Source: Diadema antillarum (lineage: Eukaryota). From it: a stretch of 64,000 bases of DNA. The notes below the pieces were generated by a model that worked only from the letters and a program-made list of their open reading frames with translations, ran no database searches and was not told the DNA's origin. The position numbers and the translations under genes were made by a program. Position 1 is the stretch's first letter. The number at the start of each line of letters is the position of its first letter. The DNA is taken from contig NW_027270890.1 in the NCBI RefSeq assembly GCF_040938485.1, forward strand, positions 3,844,001 to 3,908,000. Direction: 5' to 3'. Shown here one piece after another: positions 49,336 to 61,366 of the stretch.

Positions 49336-50183
49336 CAGGGTGTATGAAAAAAACCCAGGTAATGCAACTTTGGAGGGCTACAACTTCACAATTATCAGCC
49401 ATGGAGAACACAATGTTACTTGTCAGGAAAGAAGAACTCTTCTTCTTATTGGTACCTAGTCATGTTGAAAAATGTCATGAACTCAAGAACTTTAAGACAA
49501 CAATGACAAATTGCACTTTTTCCAAGTTTACGTGTCATTGTGGAGGAAGAATGCATGTCTTACTGCATAGATCATGGTTCAATGAAAGTCGCCAAACAGG
49601 CCAGCCTGTACGAACGCAGGTTTCTGTTTCGGGTTTGTGTTTAGGGTTTCTTCTCACATTTTATGGTCCATAATCTTTAGCACGTCCTTTTGTCCGATAA
49701 CGTGGTCGCTCCCCCAGAGGCCAAACAACATAGTCCATTTTACTCTACAGCTACAAACCATGTCTTGAATATGAAGAGTGGAAAATGGGTAATGGTTTAG
49801 CTTTTGAAAAAGGATCAAGTTCTCGAAAAATAGCCATGTTGAAGGTTACGAACCATGAAAGGTTAGAAGAAACCCGCCATAAGAACCTGCAGTCAGGCGG
49901 GCTGGATTTATGATTTGACCACTTTCAATGACAGATCTCATCCATGCGGTGAGACATGCATTGTTCTTTCACAATAACACTCAAACTTGGAAAAGTGTAA
50001 TTTGTCATTTTTGTCTTCAAATTTCATGAGATCAGTCAGGCATGACGTTGGTCAATATGATAAAATATCAATGGAAAGAAGCTGAGTTCCCTTTTCCTCA
50101 CAAACGATATTGCACACTCCATAGCTGACAATTGTGAAATAACAGCCTTCTAAATTTGGATTACTATCTTTTTATACGGTCTA
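49336..50183. mobile_element. Old Tc1/mariner-like MITE with diverged inverted arms of about 240 bp
   Basis: It starts TA|CAGGGTGTAT. 49480-49570 (ATGACAAATTGCACTTTTTCCAAGTTT...GCATGTCT) is the reverse complement of about 49945-50030. Confidence 0.65.
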
Positions 50184-51031
50184 TACATTCAACATTGTAA
50201 GAAGAAAGATTCCAGGCTCAGAAGAAAAAGTACTTAATTCTGTTATGCACGTGTCAGACCGTTTTAAGATAAATAATAATAATGGGTGTTTGGATTAGTA
50301 ATTGAAAATATTTTCATAGAGATGTTAATGCGTAAAACATATATCCGTTCTTTGTTGTCTCATGTTGTTTTTGTATCAATTTTAACCTAGGAATTTAAGG
50401 AAAAGAAATTCATGGAACGATATTCTATCATCCAATACGTAACGGTAAATTTTTCTGGAATGCTTGTGTGTGCATTCAGTGAAAGTTCATGAGATTCAAC
50501 CTTGCGATAATCCGATTTTTTTTTTGATAATCTAAATGGTTACATGGGATCTTCTAAACATCACGATGTGAATATAATAATGATTGTTTCGGCACACTAT
50601 ACAATCGAGATGTTGGTATTTGAGAAGACTTTAAAACTCTGTTCTTTACAAAGTGAACTGAAAAAAATATTAAGGAACATTTTATAATATATGTAAAGTT
50701 TAGTCTTTTATGAGACGCATGAGACTGCGAAGCCAAGTTAGCCTATAAAGTCGTTGTTTATCCTTGTTATGACGTGTTCTATTTCAAGGAATATTTTGAT
50801 TATTTTGACAAACATGCAAAAATTGCATCATCGGTTGAATGTCCGCTTTCCGAGAATCGGACAGGAATTTGATTTTCAAGAAGGGCACTAATACGCTAAG
50901 ACTATTACAAAATGATACCAACCGTGAAATTATTTCTTTCCTGCAAGTTATCAAAACAAACAAATAAACAAACAAATAGACAAGCAAGCAAACAAACAAA
51001 AAAATGGCTGTTTTCATGTTTCCACAGTTAC

Positions 51032-51322
51032 CTTTGAAAAAGTTCCGGTCAGTAGGGGTACACTTAGCATTCTCCATTGCCAAATTCAGTAGGACCAAAG
51101 GATTTGCGCCGGTATTTGAGCGTTGCCAAGAGTTCAGACATACCACTACAACATTGCGCGCCTTTGTCCTTTTCAATGTCCATTTTAATGGATCATCAGT
51201 TTGTTCAGATGATATGTCAAGATCTTTCAAAATGTTTTTAATTTTCTCCTTGTTGCCAATCTCCCGTATCAACTTTTCAATCTTATCGATGGGTAACCTC
51301 TTGGTAGCGTCATTCCTGAAAC
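51032..51322 (-). CDS. Death-domain exon 2 of the Ig/TM/DD receptor
   Basis: Polypyrimidine tract + TAAG acceptor and AAAG|GTAACT donor, 291 nt, phase 1-1. LPIDKIEKLIREIG...ILKDLDISSEQTD...VVVCLNSWQRSNTGANPLVLLNLAMENAK fits a six-helix death-fold pattern. Confidence 0.65.
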
Positions 51323-52059
51323 CTTAATGCAAAAAGAAAAAAAAAAGATTAAGATACAGAGATGCAAGAAATAATTCAATTAGAGTTAATACTGGCGTCT
51401 GCGCAGTACCTTCCGTATATTTGTTTGTTTGGTTTTATTTCTGCATTTTTCATTATTTCGATTAAAAGTAACATCATGACTTTTTTTCAATACAAAATAA
51501 CATCATCAATAACATTTTCAGCATTGCGAACAAAGGGAAATACTGTACATACCTAACGTACAAGTTAATTGTCAGCGATGATAATAAACGACGTCATTTA
51601 ATAGGAAATATTTATAACTTGAAAAATGCATCAGACCACATATCGTAAGCGTGTGCTTGAAATGATAGTGGCCTGAGGAAGTCGTAGTGAAAAAAAAATC
51701 GAAAAAGAGTAGGTATGTTAGGTCTGATATTGTGCAAGGTGCATCGTGCTAAGTGTGGAAGTGCATGGACCTCAAAATAATGGACAACTGCGAAAAAAAA
51801 AAAAATCAAAACACAAACTCAATCAAGCCATGACTTAGTTATGACATTTTAACGCTCTCTATAGAAATCAATACATTACATTTTTTTTAAAATCTCATAT
51901 TACAGGTGACATAAACGCGCAGTAATATAACGTGTGAAAATGGGTCAGCAACCAATCCTATGAAAATAGTTAAGATATTAACAAAGCTCAACTAAACCAT
52001 CATGACATAGTGCGATATCTAATCTCCAAGGTCCAATAGGCACTAAGTATCCTTCTTAC

Positions 52060-52371
52060 CTTTTAATCTTATAACCTCATCATCTAGACCATGATGCTTC
52101 AGACCATCGAAGAGTTCTTCAAGCTGATCCGGTCCGTTGTATCTTTCCTTCCACTTACACAACAGAGAATACATAGATCCTGCCAATGTATTCATTCCAT
52201 GCACCGCTACAGAATCCAGAGGAATTTTACTGAGATCCTTTATTGCATCCGCGAGAGATTCGATTTGTGTTAGTTCTATTCCTGATACCAGGTGCCACAG
52301 TTCTATGAAGGAAACCAGCTGACCTGCCGATTGACAAAGAGATGCAATACAGTCACTATTCTGTTCTTTTT
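52060..52371 (-). CDS. Death-domain exon 1 of the Ig/TM/DD receptor
   Basis: AAAG|GTAAGA donor at 52059 and probable acceptor tttttctatataaaag, 312 nt, phase 1-1. GSMYSLLCKWKERYNGPDQLEELFDGLKHHGLDDEVIRL matches the C-terminal death-domain pattern (L..W....G....L..L...L...G). Confidence 0.72.
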
Positions 52372-54252
52372 CTTTTATATAGAAAAACATATTAGAGTGA
52401 GGTCAGATTCAGATCTTGAAACAGGAAGTATGGCTCGCCTACGAGTTTTACTCAAAAGCAACATCAATGTTGCACAGAATCAAACTTCAATAGATATATC
52501 TCTCACGGTTATTTTTTTATCACGTAATGTATTGGATTTGTAGTATGCAAGTAGGTATTTCCTTGCATCACAAAATAAAAATACGACCAAAGAAAAAAAA
52601 AGCAAAGATAATTGTTTACTTTAGCTCAGAATATGAGGAAGTAAATGCTTACGCATAAAACTCATAATTTCCATTCAAATTGAGCAGACTTACATAACCA
52701 AGTTGTAGTTTACTTAAATTGCTTACTGTATCCTTCTCCGTTGTTCTATGACACTCCATAATGCATACACATACATACATAAGATATACACGGACAAATA
52801 TTATATATTTCAGATATGAAGATACATATCTTTTTTAATATGTTCTTTGCATAATATAGTGTATGTTATATGTTTGTCGTACAGTATGTATAAAGTTCCA
52901 CCCCATGAGTGGAAAAAAAATATGAACTGAATTAGGTAATATCCACTTGTAAAATATCACCGCATATCGCGTGTTCTCTATTCATGCTATTAGTACGTGT
53001 ATGGGTTAACCGTGTGCCTCCTTTGTCACCATTTAATCTATTGCTTGCTTCGAATATTTTTGAATATGTTTCTTGTGTGCAATCGTTAACTTTATTATAC
53101 AATGAGAAACCCTCCCAATGACGACGTTTGAAAAATATACTTGGTGCAGAAAAATGTCAAATGTACAGAAAAATAAAGTTGCGCAAAAAGAGACATCAAT
53201 TGTATACCATTCTTTTGGAGTAGCGTCTGACGTACTGATGCATCTGGTCCTGTTGGCAAATGTGTAATAAGAGAATAATCACGAGGTAAATCTATGCAAA
53301 TACCGTTCAGCCACATCAAAGCAGTACATTGTTGAGAAGATAAAAAGTAGTGGGGGAGGGGAATGGAGAGGGTATACACCCCCCCCCCAAAAAAAAAAGA
53401 AATGGAGAGCGAACCCCCCCCCCCCCCCCCAGGAAATTAACCTTAATACCAGGTTCCCATGGCGGCAATTATACAAATATCAGAGAGTTTCTTCTATTAA
53501 CATTTGTTTCTTTCTGTAAGAAAACTGCCTATATACATCACAGTACTATCTGTCTTCTTTACTCATATGTAGATCGCGATTATTTTGCTATAAACTCGTA
53601 TGAAGATGTATTCATAGTAATGAAGGCTGAGCTCAGTAGATTTCTGTGTTCGCTGACCCCATTCAGGTGTTTCGTTTTGTGTATAACAAAAGAGTCTGTA
53701 ACCCCATCAGCGCACGCTCTATTCATACTTTCCTCCCAATCGATATTTTCATTATTCAAAGGTACATGCAGTTGACTGTGGGAAGGGGGTGTATGCACCG
53801 CTTGACTGCTTTCACACTTTTGATTACCAACCTGTACTTCTCTGTCGACGGGCAAAAAAAAAATATAATAATGATACCATTTGGGGACATTAAAGGCTCT
53901 CAAAAAATGCAGCAGGAACGGGTTAAAGTGGAGTGTAAGCATGTATTAAAAGCTGCCGTGAACCCCTCCGACAGTATGATCGATAAAAGAACAACAATCA
54001 AAGAAACAAAAACAAAACATGCATAAACTACATCCAGTCTCTTGAATAACAGCAGACATATGATCTTATTTGTAAAGTTTCGTTTACACGATTGTTTCCG
54101 TAGACTTAAGGGAAAGACTCACTTTGCTGAAGTGAATATTACTTGGGTGTTTTGCTTATGTTGAGCTTACAGTTGGGAATAACAGATTTTCCATATTTGG
54201 CTTTGTAAAACTGACAGAAAACTGTACATGCCATCAAAGATCTCATATAATA

Positions 54253-54292
<40 letters not shown>

Positions 54293-54343
54293 TTGGCAAC
54301 AACACACACACTGAAGACACAGAAAAAAATATGGTGCACTTAC

Positions 54344-54442
54344 TTTCTTTTTTTTTCTTCTTATATTTCCGGTAAAGAAGAATTCCTGCAATTACCGTTA
54401 TGATAAGCACAAGTAGGACCAGGATCACAGGCACCGCAGCAG
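54344..54442 (-). CDS. Transmembrane exon of the Ig/TM/DD receptor
   Basis: ttccacag| ... |gtaagt, 99 nt, phase 1-1. Encodes AAVPVILVLLVLIITVIAGILLY followed by the stop-transfer RKYKKKKKE. Confidence 0.85.
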
Positions 54443-55926
54443 CTGTGGAATATAATCATCAGCAATACGGCTTGTTACTACTATTGCTGATGAAAAAATT
54501 TTAAGCTGTTATCTCAGGGAATAATAAATGTTTTTGTATTTCTACCAAAATGCATTCCGAAATTAGGTGCAACATACATATCACATTCCCCTATTCATAT
54601 TGGTCATGGCGATGATGCCATAACTTTTAACCGAATTCCAACCAGTTTGCAAAAAATAAGTCCAACAAGAATGATTATTCAGGTGTATGCTTCTTCACTT
54701 TGTCTCCCTGTACAAATTAGATTTGTTAAGATCGCAACTGCTGATCAATAACAATCATGCCGGAAAAAAAGGAACAAGTGGGACTAAAACCTGTCATCTA
54801 CTGATGATAGGTTCATCTAATTACAGATCAGCAGTTGCGATCTCAACATATTTAATTTGTAGAGGGAGAGAAAGTGAAAAAACTCGCACCTGAACCTTCA
54901 CTCCTCTGAATAGTATCTTTCTTTTATTTAATATGCCTTGTCAGCCTTGGATTACTTAACATAACAATGTCGGAATTTCGGAGCTTGGGTATTTGTTCCA
55001 TGCTCATCGTGTCACTGCCGGGAAAGCAGTAGATGACAGGATCGAGTAATTCGTAGAGGGAGACAAAGTGAAGAAACTCGCACCTGAACCTTCACCCCTC
55101 AGAATATCTTTCTTTCAAAGAATGAGCATTCCTATGCAGAAAGTTGTCAGTGTATAACCACTACAATACGATGTTATATAGAACACATCATGTTATCTGC
55201 ATGTACATTACTATTTTAGTATATATATCACAATTCGGGATAAATGACGTTTATCTAGACATTTTGTATTGCAATATGACATAACTGATCTGTTTATTTT
55301 GCTGGAAATACAATGTATTATAATAACTTGATCGAACATAGCAAGTCAAAGTAAAATGTATATATAGCGTATTTGATAGTTGTTTATGTAATATAGATTT
55401 TGATATGATAAATATAGTAAAATGGAAAAGCAATATTTGATTAAATATATCATTATGTTTTTGGTGTTCAATAATTTCATTGATTTTTCTTCAATATTTT
55501 GGTAATTTCAGCTGGATGGTTAGTAAGAAGTTTTGTAACTGCTGTGCAATAACGTCTCCTCTTTTTTTACACCCCTGCATATGTATTTTTTGTTGCTGTC
55601 GTTGTTGCTTAGATTAAGGGTTTTTATAAATATTCATAATTCAGTGTTGTAAAGAAAGGTGATTGTATCGGGTAGTTTTTTTTTGTTGTTGTTCTCTGTT
55701 GTTGTACTGTATATGTATGTTTTTTCTTGTTGATTTAGATTGATAAATGTATGATTTTATGTATAATTTCTCAATATGTTTATTGTAAACACCTTATAAT
55801 TGGTAAAGTACTGTGATTTTTGTTTATATACATTTACTTTGTAAACTGAATGTACTTCAGCCTCTGGGCTGCCAATTTCAGGAACAATAAACCTCATCAA
55901 TCCATTTCAATTGAAGATTTGAGTAT

Positions 55927-56373
55927 AAGAACGACCCAAGTCCAATTTTTCGCCAAATTCAGTTTGACATGGGAAATTGTAGCTTATGCATGTACTCATC
56001 TTGTGTATAAATGATAAATCCTAATTACCCCTGGAAGTGCCTGAAATGAATGAGTTAAATCTTATATGAATGTACGAAGAATGAAGGACTTGGGTCATTC
56101 TTACATTCATATTATAGCGCCCTCTCTCGTCCTTCTCTCATCTCTATAGCAGAATATCATGTATATGATTCAAAGAACGACCCAAGTCCATCACACAAAA
56201 TGGCCTCTCCACAATTAATGTAAATGTTAATTGCATAATAATATATGTTCTAATTTGTATATACAATGTTACCTTCCCATCACAGTTAAATAGAATATTA
56301 TTGGACAAATAAAAAAGATATGAAGTTTTTTAAGTTTACTCGAAATGGTCTTCCATGGACTTGGGTCGTTCTT
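55927..56373. mobile_element. MITE-like element with GAACGACCCAAGTCCA terminal/internal inverted motifs
   Basis: The motif is forward at about 55930 and 56175 and inverted at about 56086 and 56357. Confidence 0.55.
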
Positions 56374-56635
56374 ATATTCAGATACTCAATTCAATTCAGT
56401 ATATGCTGTACTTTATGGCAACTTCATCAAGACGGTGTAATAGTGTTTATCGCTTTTCTAGGCCTACTCGAAACAGAAATGCAAATAGACTTTGAAGGAT
56501 TCTGCACGGTGGAGCTCGGGATTAGCTGCATTCCAACACCATTAAATGCGTTTACGTCTTGGAACAAGTACAAACCAGTTGCATTTCTTTGACCATGTCG
56601 CGTCCCTTGTCAATGTATTCATCTGTGGTTTTTTT

Positions 56636-56666
<31 letters not shown>

Positions 56667-56799
56667 GTGTTCTCTTTTATTACGAGTGTGTGCAATGCAT
56701 GTACATTTGTGTATGCATATGTATCCACCATTGTGAGCTTCTCATTGTATTTCTGCACTTAAAATAATTACGGTTTGAATAACGATGATGTATATTTAT

Positions 56800-57096
56800 T
56801 TATCATGTTTCGAGGATCCATGTATTGCAAGCTGAACTTTCTAGTGGCCACTCTTCTTTCCATATCTACTTTTATTGTTATCCTTCCAAGCATGCCTAGG
56901 TGTTCTCAGTTATACTACTTAGAATGTCATATGTTATTATATACTATGTTATTCACTTTTCGCTTTGTAGTTCTGTTTTCCTCGACTGAAATTAATCGAC
57001 TAAGTGATTGTTTTACACATTGCTTTACATCATGTCACATTTTTTTCACTTCTTGTTTGATGGGAAAAAAAATAAACTGAACTGAACTGAATTGAA
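56800..57096 (+). mobile_element. LINE 3' UTR remnant with AATAAA-(CTGAA)n tail
   Basis: AAATAAACTGAACTGAACTGAATTGAA at 57070-57096, the same tail style as the other CR1/L2 fragments. Confidence 0.45.
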
Positions 57097-58447
57097 GATT
57101 AAAATGCCAGAGTTCAGGGACTCGCAGACTTCACCCCCCCCCCCCTTCCCTCTTCGACGGTGGGGAGGGGGAGCTCGTTTTAACAAATTAAGGTCATATA
57201 CCTACAAGATGATATTTCCTAAGTTTGGTGAAAATCCGTCACAGTTTTTTCAAGAAGATGCTGAAAATGTAGAAAATCCCCCTCCTCCTCTCCCCCCCCC
57301 CCAAATAGGGCACACCTGGATTAGCCATGATGAAACTTAACGTATAGTCATTTATGTCTTCATAGAAGTAACTTGGCTTTCCTCCTTTTTTTTTTCTTTT
57401 TTTTTTTTTTTTTGGGGGGGGGGGGGGGTTCGACAGACCGAAGGAGATATTAAAAAAAAAAAATCCAGAGTTTAGAGACTCCTCTTCAACCCACCCCCCC
57501 CCCCGCCCCTTCGATGGTGGGGGAGAGGGTGGAGGACTCATTCAAATGATTCAAATTAAAATTCTATCTCCGAATTTTGGTGAAAATCCGTGTTGGGGTT
57601 TAAAAGAAAATGAAAACGGTAAGGTTCATAAGCAGTTTTGTTAGACATCGAGTCCATCTGTACGTAGCACCGTTGAAGTACATGGTTGTACATTTCCCGG
57701 CAGCGTTTTTACAATCCCTGGCAAAATTCAACGTTTTTACATTTCACGGCGAGACACTTTTCCATTTACCGTGATCCATTCGATTGGTAGTGCTTAACAT
57801 CACTGTCACTCCAGCACAAGCAAGCACAGGCGGTGTAGCAGAATAAAGACACATGTCACCAAAAAAAAAAAAAAAAAAAATCAAAAGACAACAAAAAGTC
57901 AACATCTTAATTTCTGAAAGTGGTTGGTCAGTGATGTTGTGTAATCTAGTTCCCACTGCAGTCTATCATTTTGATAACTTAGATGATGTTTGATTTGCTA
58001 ATTTTGAAACGTGTAGGGGTATTTGAAAATGGCCACCTTGAGAAGAGTTGAGCCATGCAGTTAAAGGAGAGGTGAACCATGACTCAACCCTCCTCTGACT
58101 GAATGGCTCAAGCTGTCGTGGTATTGAGGTGACCGTTTTTATGATTTTATTATTCATTTTAGTCGAGCATCATGCCACAATTAAAACTATGAACTAAAAA
58201 CACAAGGAAGGTGCTTAACAAAGAACATGTCCACTTTCATAGCATGGGGATTAAGCGAATGCAGCAATATTAGTAGAAAACATCAGTGAATGTTTGAGGA
58301 AAATCGGACAATCCATTCAAGTTATGAGTTTTACAGTATCTACACAATCAATGCTGGATGAGAAGACTACTAAAGCGTATAATGTCACATGAGTAAAAAG
58401 ATATATAGAAAATATAAAGACAATTTGATATTTATTTCTATACTCAC

Positions 58448-58843
58448 AGGCACCTTTTTCGGGAGTAGGTGCTGTGACGGTGTTGTTTGCATTCGTCTGG
58501 TTTATTGAAGTCGTGGGTATGAACACGCCCTGTGTCGTTCTCTTGGTTTCGAAAGGTAGTCCACTAGCTGTGCATGTGACCGAATCGGATCCTACCAACA
58601 GCTCTATCGTAACCACCTGGGTCAGTAGTCCTTCTGTATCATTAGAAATGGTTCTCTGAATCACCCTGGCCTGGTTTGAGGTATCGTTGAATGACAAACT
58701 GATGTTAGGATAGTACCCTGTCACAGTGCATGTGAGAGATATTGTTGTATTGCTGTCCGCACTGATGTTGCAAGTTTGCATCGATTCATTTGAACTGATC
58801 GGCACACAGGTATCAATTTCAGGAAAGGTCTCTCGGGGCGTGG
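58448..58843 (-). CDS. Ig-like (C-type) domain + S/T-rich stalk exon
   Basis: gattttgcag| ... |gtgagt, 396 nt, phase 1-1. ISLTCTVTGYYPNISLSF...SVTCTAS gives the Ig cysteine pair, with several N-glycosylation sequons and a T-rich stalk. Confidence 0.85.
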
Positions 58844-59352
58844 CTGCAAAATCAATAGAACACATGCATGGACACCTCAGTCAGTGGTCAGGTTATGTAA
58901 ACATACATCCTTCAGAACTATTATATTTTATATACAAGAAGCAAAAAAAAAATAAATGCATGCCATCTAGGTTTGGTAGATAAAGTAAGGGCATGTTATA
59001 GGGTCAAAGTGTTGTGAGAGAGTCTTAGTAGTAAAAAACTGTGGAAAATTAGTCTGAAGACGGCTTTTCCTGGTTAATCGATTTTTCCTATATAAATCCC
59101 GCACCCAAAACAGTCCTAACATAAGACATTTGAAAACATTGGCGGACGTATAATGGTGTGGATAAGGTTCTTATGGAAATGTCGCGTCCAAATCGTGTCT
59201 ATGGCGGATCTGTTGACCCTGAAGTCTCTTTCGCCAGTCATAAAAGTGCTATCATGTAATTCCGTTGCAATAACTGTGTCCTCATTGTAAATGTACCATT
59301 GCCATATCAATAATTGCCAATCGTCATGATAAACACACAAGAAAGGACTTAC

Positions 59353-59685
59353 CAACAATATCGACATACGTAGAGTTGATGAGAAGTCTGCCGGTTGCCA
59401 GATCTGACACTGCACAAAAGTACCTCCCTCTGTTTCTTATTCTTATTGAGTTGATGACAAGAGAAAAGCCATCGGATATGTTGTACCAACCCTGGTCGTA
59501 CCCATCACCAAATTCTCGCTGGTTTACCTCATGGCGCATGTCTAGCGCAATCACTGGTTCTGTATTAGCGTATTCATCGCCCTTCCGCCAGGACACGGCA
59601 TAAACCGCCTTTTCATACTGACACCTCAGGGTCGCCCTGTCGCCATACTGAATAAAACGTCTAGCATCGGTGATGACTGGCGGAT
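59353..59685 (-). CDS. Ig V/I-set domain exon
   Basis: ctactcag| ... |gtaagt, 333 nt, phase 1-1. ATLRCQY...VSWRK...FSLVINSI...GRYFCAV has the canonical B-strand C, C-strand W and F-strand YxC. Confidence 0.92.
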
Positions 59686-61366
59686 CTGAGTAGGTAAGAC
59701 ATATCATTTAGTGGTTTGTCCTCGTGAGTTTGCTTATTTGTGATACCTTTGTGACACATATACATGCATATCTCATCCCTATATCTTAGCACTTTTGATT
59801 TTCGTGGGACTAAAGACAACAGTATGCATAATCATATACGTATATTATATATCGTACTCCCCTCATTTACAATAAAAGTATTGTATAAAAGAAATTTAAT
59901 AGGAAAAGACATGAATGCAGATTTAGATAGATGCTAGTGCTTTCTCCCAAACATTTGCCCTACATTGTGCTCCAGCACCGACCATCAGATTAATGCAACG
60001 ATCAATGCATCACCATATACTATTGTCGATCCCCCAGCACTAGGTGTTGGCATCACATCACCGCGAAGTCCGCGAAAATTGCGAGACGAAAAAGTGGATA
60101 GTTAAAGTCAAATATCCAAAGATGAATTCAAGACTGCTTAAACTTTGACACATAACTGGAAAGATGGATTAAAAATTCACAAACTTCATCCCTCCTCCAC
60201 ACAATGATTTTAATTTTGCTCCCAGCTGCCCAGGCTCAGATTTATGTAGCCATGTCTAGAGTGCTCTTGTAAGTTACGTGGGCGACTAATTGTATCGGCA
60301 TAGACTTTGTTCCTACAACGTGCATCATTTATGGACGTAAATGTGGGTCTCGTGCAGCAACGCTAACAATAGCACCGAAGTTGAAACAAACGAAGATAAT
60401 AATCCCTAATTGCTAGTGCTAGCCAATGGAAAAAAAAAGCACGTAAATCGCCAACACAAACGGTAGAGCTCGGTGCAGCAGACAACATTCAACATCGGGC
60501 CCAACACTAATTCCTTGAAATACGTCATAATTTTGAGGTCAACCTCCCAACACCGATTGATTTCAAAGTTCAGTTAGGCCTATATCGCCGGTGCTAGTGC
60601 TATCTCAGCAACAGCACCAGCACCGAACTTGAAATCACCCATTGATTTGTTATTTCCTTCTATTTTTTTTTTCGTAATTCTGGGAATGGGAATGAAGTCT
60701 GGTTCGTTATTGCGTAATTTGTTTATCCGAAAACAAAGTAAGGTTCGTTAGTACGCATTTTCCTTTCTCTTTCAATTCACGAACCTTCGGAATTAGAAAG
60801 CTAAATTCATTTTCTGATTAACGAACCTTTGGACTATAATTAAACGGATATTACCTAGCTACACGCTGTTTACGTCATCACCTTTTAAAAATGGGGTGAC
60901 CTTCGTTATTTCGAAGTTTCGTCAATCCGAAAACAAAATAAGGTTCATTAGTAAGCAAACTTCTTTTCACTTTCACATAACAAACCTTCGGAATAACGAG
61001 CCTTTATCTATTTTTTTTTTCAATTATCGAAACTTTGGAAAAACAAAGCTTAATTTATTTTCGGATTAAACGTCAGCATGTCACATCAGTTTCATGCCCT
61101 TAGGTTTGTGTGTGAAATTTGTGTTGACTTGACTCATTTGCACAAAAAGGGTTTTAACTAATCCTTCGGAATAATGGACTTCACTTCCTATCAGGATTAA
61201 AGAACTCAAGGATTTACGAACATCACCTCTGAAGTTGTTTCAATGAACAAACATAATGACGCTTCAGACAATTTTCAAGGAGCACATTCCCAGAAGTTAC
61301 TGGTGTGAGGATACGTGCTGGATAACAAAAGCAATCAGGATATGTGGGTAGTTAACCTCCATAATA

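Noticed and set aside
53580-53775. Extra cytoplasmic exon of the receptor (LHVPLNNENIDWEES...)
   Set aside because: The cacag acceptor at 53776 is plausible, but the open frame needs phase 2 whereas neighbouring exons are phase 1, and no clear donor was found. Left unresolved.
54859-55115. Two copies of about 55 bp (54859-54925 and 55053-55115) as duplicated stalk micro-exons
   Set aside because: The donor (GTGCGA) is weak and there is no polypyrimidine tract before the AG. Treated as a small intronic duplication.
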